Shown here: positions 53,260 to 64,000 of the stretch, in pieces
How positions within the stretch are numbered: the stretch's first letter is position 1
Layout of the letters: every line of letters starts with the position of its first letter
DNA from: Nageia nagi
Lineage: Eukaryota; Plantae; Pinophyta
NCBI GenBank assembly: GCA_050084985.1
Contig: JBITNC010000001.1
Coordinates: forward strand, 180,978,001 to 181,042,000
Direction of reading: 5' to 3'
Length of the DNA stretch: 64,000 nucleotides
Program-made: the position numbers and the translations under genes
The notes under the pieces: generated by a model
The model's input: the letters and a program-made list of their open reading frames with translations, nothing else
Told to the model about the DNA's origin: nothing
Database searches by the model: none

Positions 53260-54374
53260 AGATAAAACATCATAATGTTGGCTTCCATCATACAATAACC
53301 ATATTTTCATGCTCATATCCTTGTCCATACTCCGCTATGGCTGAATGTTTATCACATTTTTTCATTTTATACATAAACTGTTATAGGCATTTGAATAACA
53401 TTTGTGGCCATAAGTAGTTTAAGTTCTCCACCCCATACACATGGTTGGCTAATCTTCTGAACATAGCCATCAAAGTTACCCTCAACAAACCATTCTGTTT
53501 CTGCTCTTCTTTTCAAGAACTCCATTCCAACCTTCTCTCTCAAATCATCGGCGAGATTTATCAAAGTGCTATTATTTGGATAGGATTTATCTTTTTACAA
53601 ACACATTCCGAAAACAATGGCTCTCAACAAACAATTGCCATCTCCTACCATTTTTGTAACCATGATATCATCATAATCTTCAAATTTCTTACCTTCTTGG
53701 TTATTTGCACATACATGTCGAAGCCTCCAACGTTCTTGACATTTGAAACAAAGATTTTCTTTCCTTAACTGATTTTTACTTTTGTGTTGATTCCTTGAGA
53801 CCTGTAACTCCCTAGCAGCTTCTTGTGGTGTGCTACTCTTATCCTTGTGAGCAATAAATTTTTCTTCTACCATCTCATTTTTATTTGCACTTGTTGAGGT
53901 TTTTGTTTCTCTTCTAGAGTTTGCCATGGATTTGTGAGTTTAAGTTGCATTACCTTCATTTCTTGAAAATCCACGAGACATAGATTTTGGTGGTGAACCA
54001 CTCACCTTGAAACCATGAAATTGCAAATAACTTCTGAAAGAGAGATGCTTCTTAAGTTCCGGTGATTTACATTGATATTTATCATACAATGCATCAAATT
54101 CTGGAATCCCACTGTTTAATGGCTGAAGTTGCCCTTTTTGCTTTTGATTTTCACTTTTGAATGGTTGAAGAATTGGACTTCCTCTTTGATGTGTTGGTAG
54201 TGTAGAATTTCCATTCTATTTTGCTTGTGAATTTACACACCCATGATTAGGTATTGTTCCATTGAAACCTTGCTTTCCAGTTTGTTCTTTTCTTTGCTGT
54301 GATGTACTCTTATTGATTTTATTGAGTATTTCTAACATAGCATCAAGATGCTTTTCATTAAACATTGTTGCCAT
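53260..54374 (-). pseudogene. Gag(N-terminus + zinc knuckle)-OTU deubiquitinase fusion, OTU4-like, disabled
   Basis: One frame from ATG 54374 to about 53370 with three internal stops. LCFKCQERWRLRHVC is followed by VGDGNCLLRAIVFG…LADDLREKV..EFLKRRAETEWFVEGNFDGYV..I.QP.VWGGE..LLMA.NVIQMPITVY; after two frameshifts come IAEYGQGY and LLYDGSQHYDVL. Confidence 0.9.
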
Positions 54375-56659
54375 TTCCTGTTTTGAATAAGAAGACTCAG
54401 TTTCAAATTTAGATCAGAATGTTTTCTGCCAACAATTCAAAGCACTCGCCACAACAACACTACAAATACACTCTGCTGTTAACTGCTGCAAACTCTGACA
54501 CTGCTGCACTTTTCACCGAGTAAAACAGTCCTTAAACACTGCAATTTTTACCAATTCAATCACTGCAAAGATAACTCACGATGTAATGATCTTCCAAATG
54601 ATGGTGGAGGCTACAAATGGCTGTTTGCTGATTAGGAAGTATCCCAAACTCTATTACGTACACTGATCTGTCAATGAAATACTAATAACTCTGATTTGCC
54701 TACTGTTTTCAATTTTAATTGTTCACAGCCCTACAAAAAAGAAGCTAAGATAAAGACGTCTTGCTTTAGTGAGTGAACAGTAGCAATGATTGTTAATTTC
54801 TCAGTTTATATGCAGCCCAAAATTGCCAAATCAGCTTTGTCAATGGATGATTGGCCTCCCTATGTTGGGCATTCCACCTTCAAAGCCACAAATCTTGTCT
54901 TTATGATTCAACACTGCCAATTATTGCTTCAAAATGGGGATGTCCAGCCCCAACTTGTAAAATTGCCAAACAAATGCCAAAATAACTCACAAAATGGATT
55001 AGACGACCAGGCAATGATAGAAATATATTCCTCAAAATCACAATGATGGCCAAAGCTGAAGAATAAACCCTTCATTTGCAATTTGTTTTATGCAAAATGC
55101 CAATTTTGAAAGATTGTAAATTTGATAAATCAATAATATAAGGACCAGGATCTATTTGTTCTCCACTTGATCTGATGGATAAAAATCTTGAAATCCAGAA
55201 CCTGAAAATCCTAGATCTGAAAATTCCACAGAAAATTTTCCTTAACCCCAATTCTGCCCAAAATCCTCTATTAAATTTTTTTCTGGCTGATCAGGATAAT
55301 AGATCAAGACTTTCTACGCCCAAAAATGGTCTTAAGTCATGCAAATTTTATCTCCCAAGTCTACACGACTTAGTCTAGGAATGCAAATTTTCTCAAAAAA
55401 ATGTTGTTTTGACCACGAAAATTACCATTTAAGTGCAAAACCCGTTGATCTATTGGATCACAAAAATCTCGATTACTCAGAAGCTAGAAACCCTAGATCT
55501 GAAAATAACTGAATTTTTCACACCAAACCCTAACTCCAAATTCTAAAAAATTACTTTATCAGCTTGATCTCTCCATAGGCTGGCAAGATCCAAACGTTGA
55601 TACCACTTGTGATGTACCAATTCTGAATAATATTCAAACCCTAGCAAGATTGCAATATTTCTCCAAACAAACTAAATTCTTTTTAAATAAAATTCTAATC
55701 TACAAATTTAAATCACAAAATTACTCATTACTTCAGCAAACAACACCCACATCACTGATTTTCCATTAAATCTGAAATATATAGACAGTTACATAAATAT
55801 TACTGAAAAGGCTACATCAAACAACTCACAACTAGTAAAATCTGATTTCCAGATCTGAAGAGAATACCCCCAAAGGGACGTTGGGGTTTTGGAGCACAAT
55901 ATTGATGAAAACAACTCTCAAGTTCTGTTGATCTGCTCTTGCAATTGGGATGCCAACCCTCCAGTGACTGCAAAAAGTGTTTAAACTCTGAAATTTGCCC
56001 TCTTTCTGCCCAGATTTGATGAAGTTGGCTGCCAATGACTGAACACTGCCCAATAATGTCTCCAAATGCCTTTTAAATGCAAATATAACCCACCAAACAA
56101 TGCCAAGAATGCCCACAAAGTGCCCTAACTGGCCGAATCAAATCTGAAGTTCCTCAGTTACAATTCCTTTAAGTCCAAATGCAAACCCTAAGTAGGTTTG
56201 CCTCTAAGAGAGTTAGAGTTTTTCATCCTACTCTCAAAATTCAAGGTTTTTCGTCCTTGAATCAATCCTTCACAGGTTTCTGTCCGCAAATGTCCCTTGG
56301 GATTTCTGTCCTCAAGAGAAAAGGGGTATTAGCTTCTCACCCAGTTACACCAAGTAGAAAACAAATAATAACATTCAACATATCATAAATGAGCCCCCAA
56401 ATCCTCTTTATATAGGGGAAATGTTATAATTCTCTGTTGACTATTTATGAGGTGCCCATTATAACTTAAAACATAATATTATGTCTCCTAATACATGACC
56501 GTTATTTCTCCTTCTTATTAGTTTATTTTTATTTTAGTGTTTTCTTCCACACATAGGCACAAAACAATAAAAATACAAATCACGCACCACACCACACCTA
56601 TGTACACAAGGGGGATTGAAAAATGGAACGTTACATCTGGAGTTTTCTTGTTAACCACT

Positions 56660-59217
56660 TTTTAGGAATTATTATATCATAGTCTCATGTGTGCAACTAT
56701 AGAAATCATGTTTTAGTTTGTTATATCCCATGCTTGTAGGTATATTGTGAAAGTTTGTTATAAGTAAGAAAACAACGAAGATGGTTATCTAATGCAATTA
56801 TAAACATATACCATAGTATAAGAAAACTATTACAATGTGCAAAATCTTACATGGTATCAAAGCTAGCAAAGGAAGCCCTGGGCTATTGACGTTGACCTCC
56901 CACCTTGACCATATAGAAGAGAATAATTTTAAATGCTTTGTATATAGGGAAGAAAATAAATAGTTTTCTAGTTTTGAGTTTAGGTATTAATTTTTTTTTA
57001 AATACAATAACAGTATACTTCCCAAACATGGTTTGTGGTTGATGCTTTGTGCAACCTATGTGTCATTCCACTATGTCAAATTTGGCTTTTTCAGCGTTGT
57101 GATCACCCCTTGCCTTGCTTGCATAAATAATTGAAACTTGTTGGGAGATGTGGAGGCGATGATAGACCACTAGTGTCCATCCCTGAAGAGAATACAATCA
57201 TTGACAAGGACTCACGCATCAGGCCATGCTAGTCAACTACTTCGTTGCCATGGCATACCTGGGCTTTGTTGGACACAAGGGGGAGTCGTGGCTTCACCCT
57301 TAGGCGGGTTTCAGCCACTACATCCACATACAATGCAAGACATGCCTCAATAGATACATTTTGTTGATCTCACGTGTTTCGCAAGATTATTCATGCCTTT
57401 TGGTCACATATCTATTTTGGTGCATATTTGATGATCTTTGCATTCATGAACCTATGTCTGCATCACACACCTTGTAAATAACTCATGGATATTTTCAATG
57501 CTTTCATATTTTACTTAAGTGGAGGATGTCATTTGTGATATGGTCAAACTATAGTTGTTATTTGTTGTGGTCACTGTGTCTTTGGTGGATTGATCTCGTT
57601 GGACTATTGCATTGGTGAAACAATGTCATGATCTGCCAAGGAAGACGTCTCATGCAATTATACAACCAACCCAAAATCATCAGGGATGCCCAATAAAAAT
57701 AGCCTCATTGAGTTCGTGGAGCTCCTCAAATATCATTATGCTTAGCATCATGGATGATAATCAATGGATTGTGAGTTGGACGGATTCTTACAAGTCATGG
57801 AGAAAATCGGTGATTCAATAGAACCCTTGTGGTTGGCGATGAGTTTAATGTGATCCAAGGAGCTCGTAGGCTAACAAATGATGTAGAGTTGGTGAAAAAT
57901 AGGCAACGAGTAGGAGATCCATGTTGAACATAGTCCCCAGATATTCAAACGTTGGTAGTGCACAATAGGTTGGTTGAGTTGGATAAGCACACAGCAAGGT
58001 TCGTGGATGGTGGCAAGCTTATTGGAGGTTGTTGAGGCTTTGATTGCCTGGTGGTACAACATGGAGGTTTTGTCTGAATGATAGCCCATGATGACTGATG
58101 GTTAAGAAACCAATGACGGTACGCATGTGCTAGTGTTGTAGAAGCCCACATAGAGAAGTATGGATGGTGGTTGGATATCATATTTATCGGCTATATAATA
58201 TATAGTTGGTATGTGTATTATATAATGTTTAGTAAAAAAAAGATTGTAGTTGGAGTGCATGGTTGGTGGGACCTGACACCTTTAAAAGAGTTAACATTAA
58301 AAGGGGGTTGAAATATTCTTCCCTCATACAATGTGCACTTGATTTTGAAGATGCTTCGAGTTGTCACAGATTATCAAAGAAAATGAAGTCTTGATTTAAA
58401 ATCGACAGAGTAAACCCCGTATGTCGTGATTTACTCTATTAACCTTGGTGGTTGCAACGATTGGTGATCCATATAGTCCGGTAGGTTGAGAAGGTTACCA
58501 TAAGGATGCTCATTGTCAAAGAGGCAAGCTCAAGGATTTGTATGGGTAAAAGAAGGTCCATACTCCACTTAATGTGAATGGATGTGTTTATCCCCTTTCA
58601 CAAGTTCATGATGTGATTGGATGTGTTTTTTCCCAATCATATATTGTAAACGGTAGTATATGTTCCTATTTACAACCTTGATGTTGGATAGTATGTGTCC
58701 CTATCCAATTATTTGTGATTGGTTGTGTGTGTCCCCAATCACAAGTGTGTGAACAATAGTGTGTCCTTGTTCACAACTATCGTGTTTGGATAGCTTGTGT
58801 CCCTATCCAATTAAAGTAGAGAATCATGGATAGCTAAACGTGTTCCTATCTATGATCAAGTGAAGAAGCATAGCGAGGTGAGTTCCACTATTGCTTGTCA
58901 TGAGTAGATGTGTATGTCCCTACTAATAATTTATGTTTTGATAAACTACTTTATGTGTTCATCAAGTACCTATTAGTACAGTATACCCATTTAGAGATTG
59001 ATATAATAAGGGGGGTGTTAGGAATTATCATATCATAGGAGTTTTGTGTGTGCTACTGTAGGAATCTTGTGTTAGTTTGTTAGATCCCATGTTTGTAAGT
59101 ATCTTGTGAAAGTCTATTAGAAGTAAGAAGACAACCAAGTTGATTGTATGATGTTATGATACAAGTATAAATATATGCCATAATATACAAATGTATTACA
59201 GTGTGCCAAATCTTACT
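56660..59217 (+). mobile_element. Non-coding LTR element with short LTRs (TRIM/LARD-like)
   Basis: LTRs of about 200 bp at 56660-56851 and 59016-59217; PBS TGGTATCAAAGC at 56852; PPT AAGGGGGG before the 3' LTR; TSD CCACT/CTGCT. No recognisable ORF. Confidence 0.85.
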
Positions 59218-61704
59218 CTGCTTTCATTGGAGACCGATTGACCAAGTACACTTGTGTGAATTGTTTTCCGTCTGATTTTTACAAGGCAGGGATTTCTCCT
59301 CTATCATTCTTCTTGCCATCTCCATTATGGTGCGGTTTGGCCTTTCCACCACTCCATTTTCTTGTGGAGTGTAAGATGTGTATTGCCTCTGAATAACCTT
59401 CTGAGTGCAAAATCAAGAATATCCTTAGAGAAAAATTCTCCTTCTCTGTCTGATCTGAGAATTTTTATGCTCTTCCCGGATTGCTTTTCTACCATAGCCT
59501 TGAACTTTTTGAACTCTTCAAACACATGATTTTAGCTTTAGAAAATATACATATAATTTTTTTGCAAAATTATTCTACAAACAACAAAAAATACTTGACA
59601 CCTGAAACTGATGCCATCTTCATAGGCCAACTAACATCAACATGAATCAAATGAAGAAACTCTGTAGCTTGCCATGTATGTCCTTCATGAAATGGATTGT
59701 TCTGTTTCTTTCCAGCCTAATATGCACCACAAGTTCCCAGCTGATTTTGTATTTATGGAAGTCCATACACCAAACTTTCTTTAGTCAGATAAGAAAGATA
59801 ACACAAATTTAAATGCTTATAACTTTGATGCCAAACTGAACTGCAATCTGGACTATTCTTGGCCATTAAAGTGTTTTCTTTTGCCTCCCTAGCATTAGCA
59901 AATCTGAAAAGCCCATGGTCTTCTATGCCAAGGCAACTTTTTTCTTCTTGTTCTTATTAAACATATAAGACTTGTGATTGCTGAAAATCACATTCAAGTG
60001 GGGGTTGTTCATTCTAATCTTATTAATTGAAAGTAGATTTTTCTCCATACCAAGAGTATAGTGGGTGGGCATTAAGGAAGACCAATCTTTCACTTATCAA
60101 GGTTACTTGAACATTTTCTTTGTCTTCTAATCTGAATTCCTCCCTTCCAATAAAATTTACAGAATCAGTAAAAGATCAGCAGCATAACTAATGAATCAAT
60201 CTTTCTCATTGGTAAAATGATGAGATGCACCAGAATCATTATCAATATACCAGGCAGATTTTTAATTTTGTCTGCTTTATCCTTGGCCATAAAAACAATT
60301 AGATCCTCCTCATCTTGATGTTTAGCAACATTGACTTACTTCTTGGGACCTTGGTTATTTTTCTGATATGCCACCCATTTCCTGCAAAACTTTCTTCTGA
60401 TTGAAAAGAACAGAGTGAAGGTGAACAATGAAAAGCAATTTGTTTTTTAATATTGCTGGGTGTTGAACGGTAAAGGCCAAACAAAACAAGAAACATCATT
60501 GTTGGGTGATTTTTTGATGTCTGAATCTGAAGTACTTATAGCATTGTTCATGGGTAAGATGTCAAAGTTTAAATTTTGACAGCTTTGGTATAATTTTTTT
60601 AGCCCTTGATGCAAACAAGGTATCAACATATGTCAAAAACCAGAGTTACAAAGTAACTTAACCATTTTCTTATATCAAACTTGATGAGATTGTTTGAGAC
60701 AATACGACTTCTTAGGTCTATTTAAAGTTTAAACATTAGAAGAATTATTAAGTAGAATAAAATCAGGAGGTTGCTTCCATATATATTTCCTCATACAAAC
60801 TATCATTTAGAAATCTTTATACCCATTTGATGGAAATGCCATGCTATAGAGGATTTAGGAGAAAGCACAATCCAAATGGATTTGATCTTGGCAACATGGG
60901 CACGAAACAGGACTTGTTCCTTGTGATACCTTCAAATTCTTAATAAGAATAAAAAAAAAAAAATTCATTGCATTCACGATCTATCATATTAAAGCATAGT
61001 AACAAGATAATAGATCACAAACTTGCAACTCGTTACCCACAACAGCTTTATGGAGAGGTAGTGTAATAAGGGGCTTAGTGTAAGAGATAAGGACATTAGA
61101 AGCTACTAAAGATAATATTGCTTGTAAAAACTCCAAATGTATGCAGAGAATTAATCTTATATGCAACTGCTTACAATTGACTGAGTTAATTTTACTTACC
61201 ATTGAAGCACATTAAATAAATTGGGTATATACATGGTAATACATATGTGAAGCAGACAGGACTAAGCATATGGATTTATTGGGTCAATATTGATCATTGA
61301 TCAATCAATATATCAAATTACTTCCAAAATTTTCTTTGAAAAGAGAGAAAATTGCCTGCTATCCTTGTCTACTTATTTAAATACGTATGATTATCCATAT
61401 TGCCATTCTTTTAGATTTCAAAGCTCTTTTGAATGCAAATATAATTTAAAATTTCAGATGACTAACATGCTATCAAGATAAATGTTATTCCTAAAGTTTT
61501 ATGGTCCATTTTGTCATTTTTTCTGCAAGTCCAATCTATGTTGCGTTCTTGCTAGGTTTAGAGCACCGGGAAAATCTGAAATGCGGCGGTTGTTTCAGGG
61601 TTCACTTGAATTGTCTGTAAATATCATTTACTGTTACAGGTGATTTTAGAAAATTGTCAAAGTAATGACAAAGCAACTGATCAACACCTATTTTTGTCTT
61701 TCAG

Positions 61705-61923
61705 GTTAACATGATTATGTATGGAAAGAGCCTTCTTTATGCAGAATTTTTGAACAAGAAAAAGATGCAAGAGAGAATGGCTTCAACAATTCTTGAACTT
61801 GTACTTAATGTTGGGAAGGTTGCAATTCCAGTAACGGAGAACAAACTTATCCTCTCATTAACATGTACAGATGTTAATGATTTGGATGTTGAAGTTCCAG
61901 ATGTTATCATTAGGGTGCGATAA
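61705..61923 (+). CDS. UBA1: UBA1-like E1, last coding exon (C-terminal ubiquitin-fold domain, ends at TAA)
   Basis: Acceptor tttttgtctttcag|GTT; VNMIMYGKSLLYAEFLNKKKMQERMASTILELVLNVGKVAIPVTENKLILSLTCTDVNDLDVEVPDVIIRVR*. It continues HGLE in frame and ends in the E1 C-D...DVEVP motif. AATAAA follows at about 61981. Confidence 0.92.
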   Translation, partial: VNMIMYGKSLLYAEFLNKKKMQERMASTILELVLNVGKVAIPVTENKLILSLTCTDVNDLDVEVPDVIIRVR

Positions 61924-62979
61924 TTTCAGTGTAACCCTTTCATTTGAAAAAACAATTATCATATTTTATTTTATATATCAAATAAAATAAGTTCTTCAAA
62001 GTTATTACATCTTCTGTTGCTTAGTCTATTCATTCTGTGTTAAAAGAATTTCATCTCCGTACCTTAAAATATTTCTGTTTCAAGATATGAAGTTAGAAAG
62101 TATGTAAGAAAATGATGTTCATGAACTAAGATATATAAATTTCGTGAATGTCAATCTCAAAGAGGATTACACATCAGTTCAAATTTGCTCCACCTATAGC
62201 ATTTAATTGTAGAGAGTCTTGTATCTTGCAATTAATTGAATATAGAAATGGTTAACCATGTATTTCCTTTTCTTTTCAAATTTTTACCCTACTTGACTAG
62301 ACAACACGAGGATTTTCTAGACAAATGCATAGGGGTCTCCAAATGATCCTGAAGATAGATTAAAATAATATTGTAGGATAGATTAAAATAATATTGTAGG
62401 ATGAAAAATGTGAAGGTACATATTTCAAGAAGAAAGAATAAGATAAGCATAGGAAAGAGATGAAAAATGATTGACACCAAAGGTAAAGGGGATGATATCA
62501 TGCCCCGTCATTCATAGAGAGACTAAATTCTTGTACAAGATTTAAGAAAAAGATGAAAACTTGATAGAAAGGAGGGTGAAACTAGGTTTTAATTAAAATT
62601 TGCTTATAAAAAAAGCGAACATTTTTTTTACAATTTATTTTTGATATTTGTTGATTGAGTTTATAGATTTTTATTTGATTAGTGCAATTTTCTTTGATAC
62701 AAATATGGTATGTTTTAAAGTTTTGTCTTGTTACAGTTTTCAAAGTTACTAAGATGTAATTGAAGGTATTACATAATCTTCTAAATACGTGGGTAGTGGT
62801 TTCTTATTTTTTAAATATAAATCAAAATTAAAAATCATGGTGCTTTAGGAGGAATCATGATAGGTCACAATGATTACAATATAATTTTTGTATTGTATAC
62901 TATGATATTAATTTTCTGATATTATTAAACTGACTTTTTATATTCAACATTATTCATGTCATTTATTAAATTATTTCGT

Positions 62980-63760
62980 AGATAGGAATTGCTTGATTGT
63001 TACCTAGAGCATACTAGGGAGATTTACTAAGTCTACTTAAGTTTTTGGATTTAAAGTATGAGTACCTTATGTTAAGGTGACAAATGATATAATTCTATTG
63101 ATGCCATTTTAGTAGAGATGGGAGTGTTATATCAATTCCTTTTATCTTCCCATGGGAAGATGATTATCACTTTTAAAGGCATGTTTAGGATGAAGCTATA
63201 TGATCTAAAGGGATCAATTAGTAGATTAAGTCTTTAGACTTGGTATCTTCAAAGGGTTCAATTAGTAGATTAAGTATTTAGACATGGTCATTCAAGCGGC
63301 CAATGTAGAGGGGTTATTTTGGTTACATATTAGCAATGCAACCATTCATTCTTTTGCATATTTCATTGATCCTTACATGTATCATGAACTATTGCATCCT
63401 TTATAACCAAGGGGATAGATTTCAAGTGGGATAGATTTTAGGTGGTATAGATGATGTCATCTATATCATGATGAAGTATTGTACACAATATGCTTAGAGG
63501 TGGGAGATCTAAGTCAATATTTATCATGATTTATACAAGTCTTATTTTAGCTCAAGGATTAGCATCATGGCTTTGACAATAATCTAGATATAGGCTTGGA
63601 AGCACACAATGATTGGGAGGCCTTTAAGATTGCCACTTCTATTCATAAGGGGTCTTTTGTACATCTTTTGATAAGACAATATGATAAAAAAGATGGATAA
63701 AAATGGAAAGATTTTTTCATTAACATCCTTCTTGTTATTTTGGATAATCTAAAGCCAGAT
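62980..63760 (+). mobile_element. Possible very decayed LINE (L1-like) RT remnant downstream of the gene
   Basis: Scattered LINE-like motifs in plausible order (LLKFGF-like, AILV.G-like, IDD); no intact ORF. Confidence 0.3.
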
Positions 63761-64000
63761 ATGACCACCTAGAAATTATAAATAGATAAGTCTTTTAACG
63801 TAAACCCCTTGGTTTGTAGGACCTATCAAAGTTTGTCTAGAAGTAAATACATATGAATTAAATATTTGAATGATTGTTTATCATATAGATAATTTGTATT
63901 ATAAAATCACCACGTTTGTTTTAGTGATGCTATGTTCTCTTCTCTTTCTTAAAAAGAGAGGATTTAGAAACAAAGAATAACAACATACAAATATATATTT

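Larger units (their letters stand above)
49425..56635 (-). mobile_element. Non-autonomous Gypsy-type LTR element without pol, carrying a Gag-OTU fusion and other captured fragments
   Basis: LTRs at 49425-50470 and 55608-56635; TSD TTTGG/TCTGG; PBS TGGTATCAA ending at 55605; PPT GGGAGGGGTGTAT after GCTTGAGGACAAGCAATC. No RT, RNase H or integrase motifs. Confidence 0.93.
45651..60800 (-). mobile_element. Decayed Copia element (Copia-3) hosting three nested insertions
   Basis: Putative 3' LTR from about 45651; RNase H (ADILTKSL, 45863-46300); RT ([23 protein letters not shown]); integrase (KILRSDREGEF, 59325-59525); protease DSGASHH at about 60230. Reading frames rejoin across the insertions. 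No 5' LTR found. Confidence 0.85.
39179..61704 (+). other. GC-AG intron of the E1 gene (22,526 bp), TE-filled
   Basis: GAG|GCAAGC donor; joining gives …KQHGLE|VNMIMYG…, colinear with E1 proteins. Confidence 0.8.

Noticed and set aside
49636-56116. Near-identical ORFs MGILGIVWWVIFAF… at 49636-49947 and 55832-56116
   Set aside because: They lie in the two LTRs of one element, have different C-termini and no domain; a repeat artefact rather than a gene pair.
49425-61923. Functional coupling of the TE-borne deubiquitinase with the host E1 gene it sits in
   Set aside because: The OTU copy is disabled and nested in another dead TE; co-location is adequately explained by chance in a very large intron.

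Overview
AT-rich plant nuclear DNA, probably from a large-genome gymnosperm (inferred from the giant introns and the retroelement types). The window holds the last three coding exons of a divergent ubiquitin-activating enzyme E1 (UBA1-like) gene on the + strand: 28598-28786, 39059-39178 and 61705-61923. The introns are at least 28.6 kb, 10.3 kb and 22.5 kb, and the last one has a GC donor. They are filled with nested transposons. Copia content is one young, nearly intact element with TG..TA LTRs plus three decayed ones. Gypsy content is chromovirus-type elements and several solo LTRs. There is also a TRIM/LARD-like element, a hAT transposon and hAT MITEs; many boundaries are confirmed by TSDs. 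The most notable signal is host-gene capture by non-autonomous Gypsy-type LTR elements. A pol-less element (49425-56635) carries an OTU4-like deubiquitinase domain fused in frame right after its Gag zinc knuckle. Another element carries condensed, colinear Dicer-like 3 (platform/PAZ) fragments fused to a chromodomain. PPR-like and PHT1 fragments are also present. Both introns of the hAT transposase are bounded by direct repeats that span the splice junctions. All homology calls were made by eye from remembered motifs; no searches were run.
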